51,351 bases of DNA. It comes from Perkinsus chesapeaki ATCC PRA-425. Its lineage: Eukaryota > Protista > Perkinsozoa. Made by a program: the position numbers and the translations under genes. This document shows positions 12,152-26,965 of the stretch, piece after piece (the stretch's first letter is position 1; every line of letters begins with the position of its first letter). The stretch is from positions 1 through 51,351 of the forward strand of contig JAAPAO010000222.1 in NCBI GenBank assembly GCA_013115145.1, given 5' to 3'. The notes under the pieces are model-generated. The model was not told where the DNA came from and searched no databases. It saw nothing but the letters and a program-made list of their open reading frames with translations.

Positions 12152-15987
<3,836 letters not shown>

Positions 15988-16801
15988 ATGTGATGTTTTA
16001 TCTCACCCTGTGGGATGCTCTCCGAGTCCAAAAGATAGTCTCCATCGTTGAGGTTTGCGTTTGTTGTCGACTATAGAAGGAGTTTGCCAAATGAATAATC
16101 TTTTTGGATGACATTCCATAATTTGTACTCACCAAATACGAGTATTATATAAGGATGTCATTGCAGCGATAGCGAATCTTCTCATTCACACATTGGTGTT
16201 GGGGGTGAATGATGCGAGCGGTTAACAGCGATTCTAGGCCTCCCTTATGTGCGCACCTATGTCTGTCCGTGCGGAAAAGGTAAACCATCCTTGACACATG
16301 AGTGAATAAGAGAGCTGAATATCATGCGTAATGCCAACCCCACTGTCGGCGAACCCGTTTTCTTGCAGTATCTTCTCCTGGTAGAGGCTTCACCAGCGAA
16401 CCAGAGGCTGTGGTCCACAGCGGAGAGGGGGGGTAACAGCTGCTGGGTGCACTTTACCAGAACACTTACGCGGTCACAACCTTGATGGCGTCACGGCAAA
16501 GCATTCATCGGGGTCGAATGACATCCTAAAATATCTCGAAAATACACCCGTATTCGTGGAGTTGTAGAATAGTGCTATCTTCATTGGCCTGATCTTCATG
16601 CGATAACGTGTCTCATTTAGTCACATGCCAGACATCATGAGACGAGCAGGGCCAGCATTGTGAGATGTGACAGAGCACTCACTCTGACTGTTCTTCATTG
16701 CCATCACACCAAACTTCTCTATCACAGCCCACTCACGCTGTCACCTGAGAGTAGGCGTCACAAATTGGTAGCATACTTCTTATATTGCTTACCTAGCTCA
16801 G

Positions 16802-18239
16802 ATGGAAATCCTGGTAATCTTACTGCTGGGGAAATTCCTCCTCTCCGGAGCTACTATACGATTGTCTGATACGATAGTCTCCATTAGCTGGGGGTCTACT
16901 TGGGTTGATATCTCTACCCTGCCGCAAAACATGATTTCTGCTGGCTTCCCGGTTGACGCTGAGATTCTCGAAAACTGCTGGTATCGACAATTTTGACAAT
17001 CTAGAAATGCAAATGGCAAACATGTAGGTTTCGACCGTCGGAAGCGCTGACTTTTGCGACTTTGTAGCCGATGCCAGTGGCAAGCTCTATCTGAAATCCA
17101 ACTGTGCAAGAGACATTCGTGGTGAACCCCGTGGCACGCATGGCAGAGCACTGAATGTGAATGATCCTGATGCCCGTTACCAAAAGTACTTTCGCCAACT
17201 TTAAATGGGTAAGGTATGCCGTCTCTCTCTTCCACATGTGAAAAACATGAAGGTGAAATGTGCAGGTGGCAGTAATCGACAGTGGTGTCGACTGGGAAGA
17301 TAAAGACTTCTCTCCTTTGAAGGTCCGCCTCCCAAGGAAAAATAGGGGCTATATAGATGGTGGATGGAACTTCAAGGTCAATCCTTCTAATTCAACAAAC
17401 GACGATAGATATGCACTTCTACAGGATATTGGTTCCCAAGAGTAGCAATTCTAATGACATGGTTGGGATCGCCCCTAATGTATCATAGCCGGTTCTACAA
17501 ATCGCTAACAGCGAGAGGATTCGCTCAGGAAAGCTCTTGGCCGCTCTCGACATGGCTATAGGCCTGCAAGTAGATGTTATTTCGATATCATTGGGGTTCA
17601 CACTTCTTTCGCTTGCAACGGAGCGGCGTATCCTCATGTGGAATGCTCTCAATGAGGCCTAAAGTAGTGGCATTTTAATTGTGTCCGCGGCAGATAACTA
17701 CCCGGGAGTGCTGAACTATCTGTTTTCATGTTGGTTTGGAGGACCTCTTGGTACTTGTGTAACCGTCCAATTGAACCTAAAATCCCGTGGAGTGCTGGCA
17801 AGGGGAGACAGCTGAGGGGGGAAGAGTCGACCTGGCTACATATGGTAAGAATATTTCTGTCGGTCGAGTTGCTAACGGGAGCTTGGAATATGAATATGGC
17901 ACGTCCTACGCGACCCCCCTTGTATCGGGTATTGGTGCAATCCGCCTTTCAATGGGTGTTGAACCACTATTTGATAAACCTTTGCTGCTCCTTAATGCTG
18001 ATCCGCTCTCGCCAAAGGTACCTGAACGCACCAACCACACTATAAGGGGAGGAGCTCTAAACCCGTTGAAGACTATTGACGGTGTTATTCACCATATTAT
18101 GTCCAGAGCTAAGAATATAAGTCAATGGCATAATGTTCTCACGGTTTTAGAAAAACGTTTCCGTAGGTTATACTGTATAACTTATACAGTAGGTTTCCAC
18201 ATAATTCCAATCAACACTGGTGGCATCCGTCTCTTATGA
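16802..18239 (+). pseudogene. Intronless subtilisin (peptidase S8) pseudogene
   Basis: Collinear with 18926-20254. It has in-frame stops at 17025-17027 (TAG), 17202-17204 (TAA), 17486-17488 (TAG) and 17660-17662 (TAA), several frameshifts, and the catalytic His codon changed to TAT (17410-17412). VAVIDSG and GTSYATP are retained. Confidence 0.9.
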
Positions 18240-18925
18240 GGAGCTACAAGTATGGATGATGTAGTTGTGCTCTGCCTGCGTGAAGTCGGAGCATACGCGC
18301 TTCCATTCTCCTTCAGGGCACACGCATGCTTTCGCTCACTTCGTTGTTCACTTGGGTGAACGGCCTGTAGTGAGGCCTCTCATAGCTAGGCATGGCGGCG
18401 GATAAAATACCGTCTCTAGTGCGGTGAACCACCATCAAACACTACCGTCCGACTCGTGTTTCCGGGAACACGGTGTAACGCGTACAAGGCATGCACGCAC
18501 ACTCAATTTGCGCCTTCAGTACCCCCTGGGGGGCGCCGAAGGCTCCCTACGCAAAAAGGTTGTCTAAGGATTATTATGCGTCCATTATCCTTCGTTATTC
18601 CACCATCTTGATGCTGCGGTGATAAGGTTGGAACTCCTGATATCCTCATGCAGGTGGGAATTCCTTTATCTCGTTTAGAGCCCTTTTAGATCGGTCTGTT
18701 CTGGCACTTTATTGTGGAGGAGTAAGGGATTTGGTCGGCAAGCAGGCAATATGCGCCATGATCGATTCTAGCTCAAGATAGCTCCAGGCCACCTAAGAAA
18801 TTGCAAACAGTTTTCCCCACTCGAAAACAAGCTTCGAGCTGTAGAACATGTGCAATACAATGCAGACTTGTGAGTATGGTCGTCAGGATATTCTTCACGT
18901 AGGTATCATCATCTCTCTTTTACCA

Positions 18926-20254
18926 ATGCGTGAAATCTGTCCAAGTCATCGCCAACCTCAACTACACATCATTTCACTCTTCGTCGCCTTCCACATAGGA
19001 GCTTCGGCTTTGTTGTCTGACACTATCGTGTCCATCAAGACAAATGATTCCGAATGGCAAGATATAGCGGAACTACCACAAAAGATGACTCACGCTGGTT
19101 TCGTGGTTGACGAAAAGATAGCCCTCTTCCTCAAAGCCGTTCGTATTGAAACTCTTGGCTATATAGAGACCCAAATAGTTAAGACCTCACCTTCGACAGT
19201 TGATAGCGATGAGCTTTGTGGGTTCGTAGCCAATGCCAGTGCCAAGCTCTCTCTGGAGTCTAATTGTGCAAGAGACATAAATGGTAAGCGTGGCAGGTCT
19301 CTCAATGTGAACGATCCTGATGCTCGTTACCAAAAGCACTTTCGGCGACTGGAAATGGGCGGAGTGTGGCGTCTCTCTCTTCCATATGTGAAGCGAAAGG
19401 TGAAGGTGGCAGTAATTGACAGTGGTATCGACTTTTATTATGACAGAGATTTCTCTCCTTTGAAGGCCGTTTTCCCTAAAAAAAGTGGGGGATTTATAGA
19501 GGGCGGATGGAACTTCTTGACCGACACCCCTAACTTAACAAACGATGATCGGCATGGAACTCACATATGCAGGATACTGGCTGCCAAGACTAACAATGGT
19601 ATGGCTGGGATAGCTTCTAATGTATCATTGGTGGTCCTGCAAACAGCTGACAGCGTGACTAGTGGTCATCTGGGGCACTTTCTCGCTGCCCTTAATATGG
19701 CTATTGACCTACAAGTAGATGTTCTATCGATGTCGGTGGCATTCAATATGTCTGGTGCCCATCGGAGAGCATTTAGCCTCATGTGGAATGCTCTGCGTAA
19801 GACCCACAACAGTGGCATCTTACTTGTGTCTGCGGCAGATAACGTACCGGGAGTGCCGTGGGATCAGTATCCATGTCAGTTTGGAGGACCTCTCAGTATG
19901 TGTGTCACCGTCCAATCGAACAGCAAGAAGCGCAAGGTCTTGGCGAGTGGATACAGCTGGGGAAAGATAGTCGATCTGGCTACCTTCGGTAACAAAATTT
20001 ATGTTGGTGATTATAAAGGGAGGTCAGAATATAGAAGCGGCACGTCCTATGCAACCGCCATTGTCGCTGGGATCGCTGCGATCCTTATTTCGATGGATGT
20101 TGAACCAAAAATGGTCAAACCGTTGATGATTTATCATGCTGATCCTCTATTGCCAAAGTCACCTAGACGCATCAACCACACTATAAGAGGAGGAGCTCTA
20201 AATCCCTTGAATACTGTGAAAGGCGCCATTCATTATATTACGTCGAGAGCTTAG
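18926..20254 (+). CDS. Secreted subtilisin-like serine protease (peptidase S8), intronless
   Basis: Signal-peptide-like HIISLFVAFHIGASA, a prodomain, then VAVIDSGID (Asp), HGTHIC (His), VSAADN (oxyanion Asn) and SGTSYAT (Ser). The open frame begins at 18848; the likely start is ATG 18926. Confidence 0.93.
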   Translation: MREICPSHRQPQLHIISLFVAFHIGASALLSDTIVSIKTNDSEWQDIAELPQKMTHAGFVVDEKIALFLKAVRIETLGYIETQIVKTSPSTVDSDELCGFVANASAKLSLESNCARDINGKRGRSLNVNDPDARYQKHFRRLEMGGVWRLSLPYVKRKVKVAVIDSGIDFYYDRDFSPLKAVFPKKSGGFIEGGWNFLTDTPNLTNDDRHGTHICRILAAKTNNGMAGIASNVSLVVLQTADSVTSGHLGHFLAALNMAIDLQVDVLSMSVAFNMSGAHRRAFSLMWNALRKTHNSGILLVSAADNVPGVPWDQYPCQFGGPLSMCVTVQSNSKKRKVLASGYSWGKIVDLATFGNKIYVGDYKGRSEYRSGTSYATAIVAGIAAILISMDVEPKMVKPLMIYHADPLLPKSPRRINHTIRGGALNPLNTVKGAIHYITSRA

Positions 20255-21741
20255 GAGAACGTGTGTCAAGTCCAGAGTAACTCCTCCAAGGTTCACGTTC
20301 ATTTTTACGCTTTCTGGAGCGAGAGTTAAGTCGGCTAGCTCGCACCTTGCGTGCTACCCGAGGTGCAGAATTACTCTGCACGCGTCCTTTTGCGCTGCGC
20401 CACTGGCGCAGCAGTCCCATTTGTTGCTGAAAGCTACATCTTTATTGATTATGATATCTTTTATTTCCTTTATACTGGTCGATAGCGGGAAGCGCCCACC
20501 CGCCGGATCTGAGTTCTCCTACAATGATTTACCTCTGAAGGAGTACTCCATTTCGAGGCTCTCCGCAAGTTTAGTCGAGTGTGTAGTCTCATAATGGTTA
20601 ATCCTTCTTCGTTTTACGCCCTGACTATTGGGTTTGTACCAGGAAACGAGTACCTTGACCCTGCTAGGGTTATATTTTTGATTAGAAGCTTTCATTAACT
20701 TTACATGGAATTTTCCCCTATAGTACTCGTTAGGGAACGCAATAGAACTGCTGCAGTACCCAGGATCGAGAAGGCTCTTGTGTTCACACCCAAGAAGGAT
20801 AGGTGCCAACATCAGAATGTTTTAATCGTTTTCGCCATGGCTTCATAATATCTTTACTTCCGTAAATTATGGGCCTTAAATCTTTTTAACCCTTCCAATT
20901 GACTGGTGTTGCGTTCTCACGTTTCAAGTATTTGTGAAGGACAAACTTTGTCCGACAAAGGGCAAACCGCGGCCGCTAAGCTCATTGGGACCCTTTCAAC
21001 GAACACGGCTGAATCAATTCGGGTCAATCCTGATCTTCCATCTAGATACATTTCAACGCACATCGACCTGGTGGTTTCTGAGCATCTCCCAAGCCGGAAT
21101 TTCATGCTTATTTTGAATGTGGTGTGTTTCCGTTCATGACAATGTCGTAGTGGCAATTTCGTTCACTTGAAATACCTTAGTCCTAGAAGGCGCGGAACAC
21201 TGAAAACGTACTCGTAAGCGATGTATTATAAGTCTATACTTACCTTAGACAAATGTAAGGATGCCCGTGGTTCAAACTCGGATGGATATGTTCACATACC
21301 ACTAGAAGCCTAGTGTCAAAGTTTCGAGTCAAAACTCGTTCTGGTTGATGAGAACTGGAGGTCACTTAGTAAAAAGGCCGCCAAATTGAAATAGGATACA
21401 CAGCTTAATTTCGACCTCAAAATCTGAGTTTTACTAGGGAACCACGACATGTCGGTCGAATTAAGTAATAATGTGGGTACATACAGGAAGAGGATCTCTT
21501 AAGAATATACCTCCGGATACGAAACGGATACATCGGCCCAACACGTCTGCCAACTGCTAAATCTGTTGACACTCTTTAACGCAATTTATTCAAAATGAAA
21601 AATGGTAGTATCCAATGGTTGCCTGGGAAGACTCTTGAAACATATAAGTCAACTATGGGATGACAAACCCAATCCCATGAGAATTGAATATACCATGAAA
21701 AGCATCAGATGTACCTCCAGTGAATCTGTGACATTTTATCA

Positions 21742-22407
21742 CTATATGTTGGCAAGGATATCGCAGAGAGCACATGCAGCACAAACACCTGAGAAGGCAT
21801 CTACTATGTGACAGCAGCGGGCAAGGAATTCATACCGAGCATTCCCGCACAACAGGCGAGCCCGGCATCTGCTCCTCCACCACCATACCGATTTCTATCA
21901 TCATAATCGTGAATGATAACAGTCTGTTTGGGTGGCTCTTGATAATATGTAGGTTGCGCGTACCTTACAAAAATGCAATATGAATAACTCTAGGCAGGAT
22001 ACACCTGAAGTGATAGATTAAGTCATTATCAATAGTTCGTTGAAACTGCAGGATGCAGAGAAAATGTATACCAGAGGAGACGAAGCAGATAGATACCCAG
22101 TTGGCCCACTGGTTGATGGCGGCGGGAGCTGTACTTGAAAAACTTGCCCAGGACTAAGTCCATGTGGTACTGTGACCTGAGAAGGTGAAATCTCATCGCC
22201 AACTTTGCGCCATCACACCTGTACAGGGGCTCCATTATAAGGATTGGTGATCTGAAGAATGGTACCACCGGTAGCTCCAGGAGGCACTTGAACCTATCGA
22301 GCATGCAGAGATTGGTTGAGAAAACATAGTGTAGTTACTGATATTAAATTGCTGTTATTGCCAGACGATGGCCCTTGGTAAGGATTATAAGCCGGCGGTG
22401 CCGACAT
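21742..22407 (-). CDS. Small VPxG-domain + CYSTM-like tail protein, copy D
   Basis: MSAPPAYNPY..NLISVQVPPGATGGTILQITNPYNGAPVQVTVPHGLSPGQVFQVQL..EPPKQTVII..GADAGLACCAGMLGVCAACALCDILANI*. GT-AG introns. Confidence 0.8.
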
Positions 22408-22629
22408 CTACTTGGCGAACTGACGGGGGCAGAGAAGGTTCGATAACACAACAGCGACAGTGACGGTTAGAAACAGGTCAGGATGGAATGGGCAGTGATG
22501 ACCGAAACGGTCGTGGTATGAGTTGGTACAAAATTCTCAAACCAGAGGGGGCGAGAGAATAGAAGGAACTATATAGTAGACGAATTTGACTTTGCAAATG
22601 TTGAGAAATATCGTATAGCCGGTAGAGGC

Positions 22630-23127
22630 TCAATTCAAGGCTTCACCGAGCAAGCAACAGGACATCATTGCTGAGAGGAAATGGCATAACGAGCCACACG
22701 TTGCTGCTGGACTTACTTGACAAGCACAGGCAGCAACTCGCTGCCGATGCAGCGGCGTCGGCGTCGTTATCAACCGGTGGCCTTCCGGAATCCGTAATGA
22801 TAACTGTTTGAGGGGGATGCTGGTACCTGCAAGGGGTGGATAGGACTATGCCGGAATCTGCTGCCTACGAGCCGCCATAGGAATTATACCCGCCATAGCC
22901 GCTGTTCCCATTGTAGGGCTGACCTGTTACGACCGTTGGAATCTAAGGAGGGTTGAAAAGATAATGAATGTAGTAAGTGGCTGTAGTACCTCCACATTGA
23001 ATGTATCACCAGGTTTGAGGCCAGCTGGTACCTGAACCTGCATAGGCCTTCCTGAGGTCGGGTCGGTTATCTGAAGAACGCTGCCCGGGTAGGCCCCCTT
23101 GGGAACCTGGACTGATAATACTGTCAT
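22630..23127 (-). CDS. Small VPxG-domain + CYSTM-like tail protein, copy C
   Basis: MTVLSVQVPKGAYPGSVLQITDPTSGRPMQVQVPAGLKPGDTFNVEI..YQHPPQTVII..DAAASAASCCLCLSTMMSCCLLGEALN*. Four exons. Confidence 0.85.
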
Positions 23128-23398
23128 AAATGTTAACTAAATCTGCCAAGAATGTTGCACCCTTCTGGAACTCAACACTGCTTAGTTATCAAGAAATCGA
23201 GGCAGACTACCGATCCCGGTGGATCCATCGCCTGGGATGGGGGACGGGTAGTGGCAGCGCACATAAAGGACAGTGTTGAGGAGGAAGAAGTGCTATATGT
23301 ATAATAAACAACAACAATAATGCGTGGAAGAGGATCGGTGATGTTCGTGTTCCTACTGATCCAACTGAACGATCTCGATGAGGGTTGAATAAAGTATA

Positions 23399-24141
23399 TT
23401 AGTTACAGGCATCCCCGAGGGCGCAGCATGCTAACATACCTAATAAGAAGATGATGTGGTAGATAATAACAACAACAACCAGATTAATATTAAACCAACC
23501 GTATTACTAGCACACCAGGCACAGCAAGCAGCGGATCCTGCAGCATCGGCAGCACTGGGACTCTGGCCGGGACCGCTATTAATGATGACGGTTTGTGGAG
23601 GAGCCTGGCCCATATGGTGCCTGAGCGTCGCCGGCTACCAACTCCTTTAGACTTAGAGAACTTAACAGCTTCAAGATTCCCGGTGACTCTAGAAAGGTTC
23701 AAAGAGTTCAAGATATTTTTAAAGAAGATCCATATGATGTTAAAAGCTGCTATTTAAGTGATGACGGTTGAAATAGGTCTCATCTAATGCTTATTATAGT
23801 ATAATCTACTTGATACGTGTAAGTCCTATTATCCTGCTCAAAGCCTTATACTGCGCCAGCGCGAATCTCCAAAGAAGCGAACCCCCCTCAGTATTACTGT
23901 CCATAGGGATCACTGCCATAGCCACCACCAACGGGCTGACCTTGCACGATTGTCGGACCAAGCTGAGGAATAATAGGAGACAGCCGTGGTGGTGTGATAT
24001 TACATCAACATTGAAGGTATCGCCTGGTTTGAGGCCAGCAGGGACCTGGACCTGGAAGGGTCTGCCCGAGGTCGGATCAATGATCTGAATGGTGCTGCCA
24101 CCAGTCGCTCCTTGTGGGACTTGAACCGATACTGTGATCAT
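23399..24141 (-). CDS. Small VPxG-domain + CYSTM-like tail protein, copy B
   Basis: MITVSVQVPQGATGGSTIQIIDPTSGRPFQVQVPAGLKPGDTFNVDL..APPQTVII..DAAGSAACCAWCASMLACCALGDACN*. Four exons, with a ~260 nt second intron. Confidence 0.85.
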
Positions 24142-24303
24142 TTGATGGAAGCAAAGAAACGATAAGGAACTACTGTTGGCGGTGGGTAAGGTGGGTGTAA
24201 GGGAACAAAGAGGGGAAGGATAGGAAACCTACGATATCGAATAAACTAGGAAGTTGCGGTATATTAAGGACTGTTGAAGATTAAATAGCATCTATAGTGT
24301 TTA

Positions 24304-24806
24304 TCAATTAAAAAGGGTGCCGAAGGTGAAGCAGGACAACATGGCTAAGGGAACAGACGACGTTTTAAGAATAATAATACAAGTAATAATATTACCGGTC
24401 AACCAAGTGCAGCATGAGGCACAGGCAGCAGCATTGGCAGCATCCTCCATGTCCCTTTCATCTGGTGGGCTCATATCAGTTATAATAACCTGTCGAGGTG
24501 GGTACCTGTCATCATCATTATTATTATTTCTATCATGGTAACATCATCTTACCGAGGACCGTAAGGGTCGCTACTGTAGGGGTCTGCGCCGCCCATAGGA
24601 ACAGCCTTAACTGTAGGAGTTATCTACCAATGACTGCCCATAGCCTTTACCCAGGTCTCCTGCACTACCTCAACATTGAATTTATCGCCGGGCTTGAGGC
24701 CAGCTGGTACTTGTACCCGCATGGGCTTGCCTGTTCCGGGATCGGTTATCTCGAGTGTGCTGCCTGGTTTAGCACCTTCTGGTACTTCTACTGATACCGA
24801 TGGCGT
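24304..24806 (-). CDS. Small VPxG-domain + CYSTM-like tail protein, copy A (ACG in place of ATG)
   Basis: ACG-CCA-TCG-GTA-TCA-GTA-GAA-GTA-CCA.. gives xPSVSVEVPEGAKPGSTLEITDPGTGKPMRVQVPAGLKPGDKFNVEI..YPPRQVII..DAANAAACASCCTWLTAMLSCFTFGTLFN*. Same intron positions as copies B and C. Confidence 0.75.
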
Positions 24807-25093
24807 TATTACAAAATAATAGCTATAAAACTGCAAAGCTGATCTATCTTGATTGTTCGCAATCCAATTGACCACCTGCTACTTGCTCTGCCAAAGCGTC
24901 AGCTCGCCGTTGTTACTCGTGTTAAAACAGCAATCTTATGAGTCTTTTCACACACGTATAATCGCTTTGAGGCTAGCACGTCACATATCGTTGTCACAAG
25001 CTTTGGAATGCGCAACTTGAGCAGTTAGCTTCTCTCCTTACCGTAAATTGACTTGTCCATTTCTTTGTAATAGTTTACTCGCTATCATTAACT

Positions 25094-26965
25094 ATGTTGT
25101 TCCTTCTCTCTGCTACAATATTCACCCTATGGTCAATGCTAGTTGGTGCGATGCTGTACAAAATACTCACAGCACGCCATCAGAGCGAAAAACGTAGGTT
25201 TGAGCTTGGGAGTTTTCGTATGTATCTTTTCTGTAAGGCTCGTCGTCGGGCCCGCGTCCTATGTCCTGGATGGAGGAACATATGTACATGTGTGATACCT
25301 TCCCGAAGGAAGCTAATATCAGACCAGCTTGCAATGTTATCAATTGCGAAGTATTCTTCAAAAACGGTCTTCCTGCTAAGGAGGACATTAACAGGCTCGT
25401 CAAGGAGGGAGTAAGTTCTTATAACCGTAGTCGTTATCATTATGGCCTTCCTGTCAGTTGCTGTCATTTGTACGCTTCTCGGCTGTCCCTGACGTTAAAA
25501 CGCACGGCTGGAAAGTGGTAGATGTTGATCTGGCTGATCACATATTCACACACGAGCCTTTCAAGACTCGCAAGGCATTGGATGATGAAGTTGATAAGGT
25601 GAGCTACTCTCTTCAGTACTCTTGAGATTTATACGAGAGCGATATCCAGATAATCAATACCGATCTCCCCGCCGATAAGCCTCTTTGGCAAGTGCACGTC
25701 CTTCCTGCTGCCGAAGGTGCGGAGCAGAAGGACTGTGTTATTTTCCGATGCCATCACACCGTGGCCGATGGTCTCAGCTTGGTAAGGAACAGTTGATAAC
25801 TGTTCGCAGGTTGGAAGAGCCTGATAGGTTCAACTGCTCGATAAAGTCGCGACGACCCCCGATGGAAAGCCGGTGAAGTTCGTCAACTATAAAGCTAAGA
25901 AACCGGTTCAAAGAGGCCCTGTCAGAAGACTCGTGTATAACTTCCTATACTGCCTGGAATGGGTAGCATATATCAGCCTGGCACCATTGTTACGCTGCAT
26001 GTTGATCTGTGACAGGTACGCTCCTTCCTAGTTAATCTGCGTCAGACCAAGGGACCGTACGAAACCGATTTCGGCTTCGACGCTCCTCTGTCGCACCGTA
26101 TGGGCGATATGAAGTACAGCGGTGTTCGCAAGTCCATTTGCTTCAAGCCCTTCTCTGTGGCTTATGTGAAGGCCATTAAGAACAAGGCCCCTGGGAAGGT
26201 GAGCGGCGGTGAAGCGGCATGAATTTTTGGTGACAGCGTGGAGTCTTTCAGATAACTGTTAATGATGTATTATTGGGTGCAATGGTTGGTGCTATGAGAA
26301 GGTATGGTGGAGATGCTGTTGATGATAATACTATTATGAGAATGTTAATACCAGTTGGTGCACCTTTGGAGTTTGGTGCCAATCCTCCACCAGAGGGTGA
26401 TAGGCTGGGCAATAACTGGTCATTCGCCAGTGCAGATTTGAGCCAGGTAAGCTTCCAGCGGGGAGTACATTGAAACGTAGTGCGTTTCGTTTTCAGGCCA
26501 TCAGAGCACCTGATTCTGTTTCCCGTCTAGAGGCCACAGATAAGATTATGAACAGCATGAAGAACTCCTTGGAGCCCACCACTTCCAATTTCATTACCAA
26601 CACCCTCATGCCTCTGCTACCGCCTCCTAAGCCTCAGGAATCGACTAAGAGTCTGTATTCTAGACATACCGCTATCTTCTCCAACGTGCCTGGACCGCAG
26701 CAGGCGTGCTGTGTGGCTGGCAAAGAGATAGAAGCCGTTTACCCTATATTCCTAACACTTGTCGAGCAGGTAAAGGAGATGTGTTTCATCATGACTTTTA
26801 TTCATTATGGTTTAGGTTATTGTTATGTCTTACAACGGCGAGTTCTACTTTAACACTACTCTCGATCCCAATGTGGTGAAGGACTATGATAAGTTTGAGG
26901 GTTATTATCGAGATGAGCTATTAGATATGGGCAGACGCCTTGGTGTTACCGATATCGAACTATAA
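25094..26965 (+). CDS. Wax ester synthase/diacylglycerol acyltransferase (WS/DGAT family), copy 1
   Basis: N-terminal hydrophobic helix, active-site FRCHHTVADGLSL, ITVNDVLLGAMVGAMRRY, GNNWS and C-terminal IFSNVPGPQ. Stop TAA at 26963-26965. Confidence 0.9.

Noticed and set aside
18340-18560. SRP RNA (CCTGTAGT resembles the Alu UGUNR motif)
   Set aside because: No helix-8 CAGG..GNRA..AGCA motif on either strand.
20519-21600. Protein-like ORF fragments at the convergent junction
   Set aside because: Interrupted by stops, lacking credible starts and without recognisable family motifs. Possibly decayed genes but not callable.
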